From Thiotrichaceae bacterium UBA973 (GTDB taxonomy: Bacteria > Pseudomonadota > Gammaproteobacteria > Eutrophobiales > Eutrophobiaceae), in the NCBI GenBank assembly GCA_002292815.1, contig DBBX01000003.1, positions 8,160 through 72,159 on the forward strand: a DNA stretch of 64,000 nucleotides, given 5' to 3'. The notes below the pieces were generated by a model. That model had not been told where the DNA came from and did no database searches. It saw only the letters and a program-made list of their open reading frames with translations. Each line of letters starts with the position of its first letter. The stretch's first letter is position 1. Both the position numbers and the translations under genes were made by a program. Below are positions 58,599 to 64,000 of this stretch, in pieces.

Positions 58599-59876
58599 TT
58601 AATTCTTGGCCAGCACGCTGGTTGTGTCGGTCAATCTTGCTACCAATGTTTTGACAAATACTTTTAAAAATCGAAGCTGTGTACTTTCATTAGCGCGATC
58701 CAATGTCGAGGCATTAACCTGTATCAAAGAGACATCCGAGCTCGACCGAACCGATGCTGTCCGTTTGGTCTTGGTTATATACCCCATTTCTCCAAAACAG
58801 TCCCCGGCCTGAAGATGGTCAATACTTAATTTGTTTTTTTCGACACTGACGATGCCAGACAACAAGATATAAAATGAATGGTCCTCATCTCCCTCCTGGA
58901 TAATGTATTCATCCTTTTTATATTTATGCCAATCACAAGCGCGCATCAGTTCCCAAATATCAACATCAGAAAAACTATCGAAGAATCTCAGGTTTTTAAT
59001 AGCCTCAAACTTTTGTTTCAACGCATCTTCATTATCCATGTCATCGAGGTCTTGAAAGATCAAGGCCAGATCGGACGCCAGATCTAGCCCCATACTGTAG
59101 CGCTGCACCGATTCCTTGTGCAACATGCGCTTCATGATTGATTCCAGTTGCTCGGGAATATCAGTTCTGAACTCTGACAAAGACAGAGGATCTTCTCGAG
59201 TAATATTATGAATAATGGCATTGATATTATCCGCTCTAAAAGGATGCCGTCCGCTAAGCAGTTCATACATGACCACACCTAGCGAAAAGATATCAGTATT
59301 ATTGGTCATATCACGTTCAGTAATTTGTTCAGGCGACATATACAAGGGCGAACCCAGCAAACCACCAATCTGAGTCTCCATGTAGTCATCTCGGTTAATC
59401 AAGGCCACACTGAAATCCGCAATCTTGATATCTCTGGTACGGGTTTGCATTATGTTGTTGGGTTTAATATCGCGGTGAACAATGCCCTGCCGATGCGCAT
59501 AATCCAGTGCCTTTGCGCAATTATAAATAACATTTACAACATCCCTTAGCGGCAATAAAGAGTCACTCTTACAATAATCCCCTAGTGTTTTTGCTTCCGG
59601 GATGTAATCCATAACCAGATAATAATACTCACCCTCAATATTCGCATCATAGACCCTGAGTATATTGGGATGATTTAAGACACTGGCAGCATGGGCCTCA
59701 GTAAAAAAAAGCCGTTTGAAACGATCTCCAGTTTTCTCATTGTTTAGAGCTTCTGAATGAACCAGCTTGATCGCAACATTCTTGTCAAGAAACGGGTCGT
59801 GTGCGGAATAGACCACAGCCATACTGCCGCGTCCAAGCTCATCCAGAATTTCATACTTACCGACTTTTACAGGCAT
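58599..59876 (-). CDS. Hanks-type Ser/Thr protein kinase with C-terminal cyclic-nucleotide-binding domain
   Basis: LGRGSMAVVY, VAIK, HRDIKPNN, DFS, YMSPEQ and DIFSLG; cNMP cassette GDCFGEM...RTASV. Confidence 0.92.
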   Translation of the reverse strand: MPVKVGKYEILDELGRGSMAVVYSAHDPFLDKNVAIKLVHSEALNNEKTGDRFKRLFFTEAHAASVLNHPNILRVYDANIEGEYYYLVMDYIPEAKTLGDYCKSDSLLPLRDVVNVIYNCAKALDYAHRQGIVHRDIKPNNIMQTRTRDIKIADFSVALINRDDYMETQIGGLLGSPLYMSPEQITERDMTNNTDIFSLGVVMYELLSGRHPFRADNINAIIHNITREDPLSLSEFRTDIPEQLESIMKRMLHKESVQRYSMGLDLASDLALIFQDLDDMDNEDALKQKFEAIKNLRFFDSFSDVDIWELMRACDWHKYKKDEYIIQEGDEDHSFYILLSGIVSVEKNKLSIDHLQAGDCFGEMGYITKTKRTASVRSSSDVSLIQVNASTLDRANESTQLRFLKVFVKTLVARLTDTTSVLAKN

Positions 59877-60107
59877 GACATAGGTTGTTTCTTATCTTTT
59901 ATAATTATTTAGTTCAAAATCAGGAACTCTCCCAGAGCATCAATCATATAACATCGCGAATCAACACCAAAGTGTGAAATGTAAGAATACATAACGCTTT
60001 TCGATAAAACCTACTAATATTTGAAATTGCGTCTGGATTAGATGAACATCTAATAACAGAGTATAGATATGTCAGTTTATAATTTTCAGCTTAGGAAAAG
60101 TTCAGGT

Positions 60108-61436
60108 TTATTCTCCCTCGGCAATCTCGGAATTGAGCGCACGCCAATCTATATTACGCGTGAGATACATCGCGACACCTAAAATAACAAACAAACCAAT
60201 ACTACCTATCAATAAAGCGAAACCTTCCGAGCGCAAGGTGACATACAGATAGGTATACAGACCCGTCAAGGTTACACACACAATAGTGGCTTTCGCGCGG
60301 CTCTTTAAGATACTCCTGCTATAAAGCGAGATAAGTGAAATCGATGCACTGCTACTTATGAAATACGCCAGCGTAAAATTGATGTGCTCAGCTAGCGAAA
60401 GTAACAAAAGATAGAAGATACAATTCACCACACCAACAAAGAGATATTGAATCGGGTGCAATAAGGCGTTGCTAAATAGCTCAGTAAAGAAATAGACCAG
60501 AAAGGTCAGACTAATAAACAACACGGCATACTTTGCTGCACGCGTCACCACCTGATAAGTATCGACTGGTTGTATAAAATTAACACCAAATGATTGCTGC
60601 CCTTGAAACCAGCTAGCCGAGACCATTTCCTGTTCGCTATGGCCCATATCCGTCAACAAATCATTGATCGTCCAAGATGCAGTATAACCATCATCAGAGA
60701 TATCACGAGTAGTGGGTAAGTAAATACCAAAGAAACTTGGCGAAGCCCAATTCGAATTCATATTAATATGAGTTTCCTGCGCCGAAGAGATAAACGAGAA
60801 TACCTTACTCCCGGCTAGCTTAATCTCATATTCAAACTTATGGACTTTATGCTTGTTCAGTAAATGCACAGGAAGCTTCGCTACAAAGACGACACTCTCG
60901 CTACCGGTTTTATCCCACTTAGGTGTTAGCTTAATCACCTCTCCATCCCACACGAAAGCAATCGGTTCTTTGATCGAACGACTATTATTTACCGGGATCT
61001 GGATAACACCTTCATCCAACTGCAAGCCAGCATCGCTACCCTCCGCACCATCCACCTCTGCTAAAGAAAAAAAACCATTGAAACGAACAGTCGCAATATA
61101 AACCGGCACCTCATAGATCCCGCGATAACGGATCTGAGTTTCGATATGGCTATCAACCGTCATCGTCTCGGGGCGTAGATGTTGATAGCGTGAGTCGTAA
61201 GACCAACCACCATTTTCTGAAAAGGTCTTAACGAAAGGCAGCGTTAGCATTGGCCCGTACAAGAGTTGCTCTTTACCCCATGAAGTCGTTATTTCATTCG
61301 TTGCCTGTCGATAGAGGTGACTACGGTCAAAGATCACCGACTCCACCATTCCCATAGGAATCAATAACAATAAGACAAGAAACCCAATAAATAACACACG
61401 CAAGGTCGTCGAATTTTTGATATTGGCAAATTTCAT
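60108..61436 (-). CDS. creD: Inner membrane protein CreD
   Basis: RYRGIY, SNWASPSF.G..LP, PVD.YQ...RAAKYA.LF, HPIQY and LLLLSLAEHI. Confidence 0.9.
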   Translation of the reverse strand: MKFANIKNSTTLRVLFIGFLVLLLLIPMGMVESVIFDRSHLYRQATNEITTSWGKEQLLYGPMLTLPFVKTFSENGGWSYDSRYQHLRPETMTVDSHIETQIRYRGIYEVPVYIATVRFNGFFSLAEVDGAEGSDAGLQLDEGVIQIPVNNSRSIKEPIAFVWDGEVIKLTPKWDKTGSESVVFVAKLPVHLLNKHKVHKFEYEIKLAGSKVFSFISSAQETHINMNSNWASPSFFGIYLPTTRDISDDGYTASWTINDLLTDMGHSEQEMVSASWFQGQQSFGVNFIQPVDTYQVVTRAAKYAVLFISLTFLVYFFTELFSNALLHPIQYLFVGVVNCIFYLLLLSLAEHINFTLAYFISSSASISLISLYSRSILKSRAKATIVCVTLTGLYTYLYVTLRSEGFALLIGSIGLFVILGVAMYLTRNIDWRALNSEIAEGE

Positions 61437-61579
61437 AAAACATCCCCTGGAGTGAAGTGGTGTAAACATCACAACACACAAACAAGGAAAGCTCAGGGAA
61501 TAAAACGGGCGAACTACTGATTAAATATGGCAGGAAAAAGGCACAGACTCAATTTTTATCACTATCAGTAAAAAGAGCG

Positions 61580-61756
61580 TTAAACTGCTTCCTTAAAATC
61601 ATTCTTGACCTTAAAGAATATGAAAGCAGAGTTAATAACAGTATTCAGAATAGCAATACCCGCCAACATCCCCGCGCCTTTACCCCACTCGGCAATAAGC
61701 ACACTGACAAGCAGCAACAAAAACATGGCATTCAAGATAATGATACCGACTTTCAT
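61580..61756 (-). CDS. Small two-TM membrane protein, 58 aa
   Basis: TAAGGAG RBS before MKVGII; two hydrophobic helices. Confidence 0.6.
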   Translation of the reverse strand: MKVGIIILNAMFLLLLVSVLIAEWGKGAGMLAGIAILNTVINSAFIFFKVKNDFKEAV

Positions 61757-61867
61757 AGTAAGGCTCCTTAAGATAGATACGGGGCAATATACCAAAATAT
61801 ATCTTTTAACGTGCAGCTATCTGTTTAATTATTATTTACGAACTAACAAGCCTGCTCAATGCTGACA

Positions 61868-62581
61868 CTACTTCAGATGCCTACCACCATCTAGCGGCAA
61901 TACCCTGCCAGTGATGTATTGACTATCCAGTAGGTAATCGACAGCGTGTTGAAACTCGGCATAACCGCCTTCACGTTCCAGCAAACTCTTTTTTAATGTT
62001 CTCTTTCTATAGTCGTCGTCATCTGTTTCATTAAATAACATCAAAGAAGGTGCCAGACTGTTCACTTTGACCTTGGGCGCCAACCTGGCTGAGAAAGAAT
62101 AGGTGAGATTGTCCTGCGCCGCTTTACTGGCGGCATAGGCAATATGCTTCTTGCTACCACGCGAACTCACATAGTCACCGACATGGATAATATCAGCATG
62201 ATTATTTTGAGCCTTCATCAATAACGGTGCCAAACCGAGATTAATTTGATAGGGCGCATTGGCATGCACCTGCATCATACGCTGAATGATTGTTGCCGGC
62301 ATATATTCTGCATCATCAGCCAACCAGTCGGAGGCATTATGAATAATGGCTCTGATGCTGGCATGTTTGCAACTGACATTATCAATCAATGATTGAATAT
62401 CTCCATCATTGTATAAATCACACTGCAAAAGGCTCGCGTTTTTTTTATTCAGTTGTGACAACGATGCTGTCTCATTACGGTAAGTGCCTATTACCGGTAT
62501 ATCTCGGTCAAGGAAGCTGTTTGCCAGATAAAGACCCAGTCGTTTGCCTACCCCTGTAATAAGGATTGAATCGGGCGTCAT
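61868..62581 (-). CDS. folM: Dihydromonapterin reductase FolM
   Basis: [29 protein letters not shown] and LAPKVKVN; in an operon with folE and folX. Confidence 0.92.
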   Translation of the reverse strand: MTPDSILITGVGKRLGLYLANSFLDRDIPVIGTYRNETASLSQLNKKNASLLQCDLYNDGDIQSLIDNVSCKHASIRAIIHNASDWLADDAEYMPATIIQRMMQVHANAPYQINLGLAPLLMKAQNNHADIIHVGDYVSSRGSKKHIAYAASKAAQDNLTYSFSARLAPKVKVNSLAPSLMLFNETDDDDYRKRTLKKSLLEREGGYAEFQHAVDYLLDSQYITGRVLPLDGGRHLK

Positions 62582-63270
62582 GGATTAAGGAATTCAGCGC
62601 GCGTATGAATATTTTCTTTGAAACAGCCTCCCAATGCTGTTGTACTTGTTTGTGAATTACTGTCTTGTACACCACGTGATTTAACACAATAATGTGTTGC
62701 CTCAATATTGACCGCAACATTTTCTGTTTCAAGCAATGTTTGTAGTGCAATCAACACTTGCCTGGTTAAACGCTCTTGCACTTGTGGTCGTTGCGCAAAG
62801 AAACGCACCACTCGATTAATTTTTGAAAGCCCGATTATTTTTTGATCAGGTACATAAGCCACTTTGGCAGTACCGTCAATGGTGACAAAATGGTGTTCAC
62901 AGGTACTGGTGAGATCGATATTTCTGATTTTGATCATCTCATTCGCGCCCATCTTATTTTCTATTAAAGACATCTTTGGGAATTGACTGTAATCCAGGCC
63001 CGAAAAAATTTCATGGACGTACATCTTGGCAATGCGGTGAGGCGTTTCAATGATACTATCATCGCTTAAATCAAGGCCGAGTGTTTGTATAACCTCTTTC
63101 ATTAGAACCTTTATCTTTTCATACTTCTCTTCTTGAGATAAAGACGATTCAATCATCGGGGTTTCTATCCCATGTTCAATCAGCGTGTTCCTAACCAATA
63201 TCGCTTCAGGACTCAAGCCCAATTCTTCATTGCGAACATGTGCTTTAAGATACACTGGATTGGTGTTCAT
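62578..63270 (-). CDS. folE: GTP cyclohydrolase I
   Basis: [34 protein letters not shown] and HYCVKSRG. Confidence 0.95.
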   Translation of the reverse strand: MNTNPVYLKAHVRNEELGLSPEAILVRNTLIEHGIETPMIESSLSQEEKYEKIKVLMKEVIQTLGLDLSDDSIIETPHRIAKMYVHEIFSGLDYSQFPKMSLIENKMGANEMIKIRNIDLTSTCEHHFVTIDGTAKVAYVPDQKIIGLSKINRVVRFFAQRPQVQERLTRQVLIALQTLLETENVAVNIEATHYCVKSRGVQDSNSQTSTTALGGCFKENIHTRAEFLNP

Positions 63271-63692
63271 GATGCCTTCTCCAAAATTCTTAGACCTTCG
63301 TTTTTCTCAGGACTATATTCAAGCGTAATCGATACTGAGTCAGCAAATCTTAATGCATGTGGCTTATCAACACTGACTCGTGCTTTGTTCACCGATTTAT
63401 GTTGGCTACAGATTTCAAGGACATCGGCAACCAGCTTTTCCAACAGCAAGAAGCGTCCTTCCTCTACATGTTGAATCACCTTTTTGCTAATATCTTTGTA
63501 ATTTAGTGCATCAGAGATATGATCGTTTAGTACAGTTTCAGTGACTGCATAATTAATCTCGATATTGATAACAACATCTTGTTTCTTTTCTTTTTCTTCC
63601 TCGTTAAAACCGATATAAGTACGCAATCGAAGATTAGAGATACTAATTATTGCATTGTTTAAGCGCATGATATTTTCCGATTTGTTAGTCAT
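63267..63692 (-). CDS. folX: Dihydroneopterin triphosphate 2'-epimerase FolX
   Basis: [13 protein letters not shown]...KQDV, ALNY, F.LLEKL and [13 protein letters not shown]. Confidence 0.92.
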   Translation of the reverse strand: MTNKSENIMRLNNAIISISNLRLRTYIGFNEEEKEKKQDVVINIEINYAVTETVLNDHISDALNYKDISKKVIQHVEEGRFLLLEKLVADVLEICSQHKSVNKARVSVDKPHALRFADSVSITLEYSPEKNEGLRILEKAS

Positions 63693-63887
63693 GCACACAT
63701 TGAATGAACAGACGTGAAGTTAATGTGAAATTGAAATCTCAACTAAACAGTTATACGGGGTTGTCCAGTACAGTAGAAGCACTGACAGGCGGAAATGTAA
63801 TAAAAACTGTTCCTATCCATCTAAAACAATATTATCGTTGCCGATTAATTCTATCGGATATATCAACAAATGATTAGGAGAGCTTTG

Positions 63888-64000
63888 ATGAAAAATATCG
63901 CTGCATTATTTATTTTATGCATCGCCAGTGTGGTTAATGTCTGGGCGGCTTGTCCGGCCTATCTGAATGTTGATATGGAAGTGCTGCGCTCGAAAAAAAC
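63888..64000 (+). CDS. 5' part of an exported protein, probably glutathione peroxidase (runs off the window)
   Basis: AGGAG RBS. MKNIAALF...WAACPAYLNVDMEVLRSKK resembles the N-terminus of signal-peptide GPx proteins; the catalytic region is not visible. Confidence 0.5.
   Translation, partial: MKNIAALFILCIASVVNVWAACPAYLNVDMEVLRSKK

Noticed and set aside
459..63474. Short overlapping or antisense ORFs in the track (e.g. 459-662, 5031-5237, 7591-7824, 16672-16878, 19967-20260, 36592-36882, 46095-46376, 55642-55926, 58238-58489, 61605-61865, 63172-63474)
   Set aside because: These are shadow frames of well-supported genes or pseudogenes, with no motifs of their own.
1..64000. CRISPR array, rRNA, integrase or transposase genes
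   Set aside because: No regularly spaced repeats, rRNA-like sequence, or recombinase/transposase motifs were seen in the ORFs or intergenic DNA.

Overview
AT-rich (roughly 38-40% GC by eye) chromosomal window from a gammaproteobacterium, probably a marine or sediment environmental lineage. It is a mosaic of about 75 mostly unlinked single genes or 2-3 gene units. Recognisable genes include rnfC (orphan), uup, ybiT, rhlE, dbpA, rnd, slyD, ppnP, cobB, blc, creD, a SulP-USP pair and folX-folE-folM. The rest are accessory stress, redox and hypothetical genes. No rRNA, complete tRNA, CRISPR array, integrase or transposase was found. Main non-obvious signals: (i) a decayed integron-type cassette array at 19.0-21.0 kb with one nearly intact attC-like hairpin, plus other cassette-like solo genes elsewhere; (ii) a recurring ACTAC/GTAGT motif just after stop codons, resembling REP-element ends; (iii) a tRNA-Gln 3' half next to a phage-like small gene; (iv) at least five pseudogenes; (v) a LitR/CarH-like MerR regulator with scattered genes typical of photo-oxidative stress regulons; (vi) two near-identical FNR-type promoters; (vii) small ORFs missing from the ORF track, including a candidate leader peptide upstream of sulP. 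All family assignments come from motif recognition only; no database search was run.
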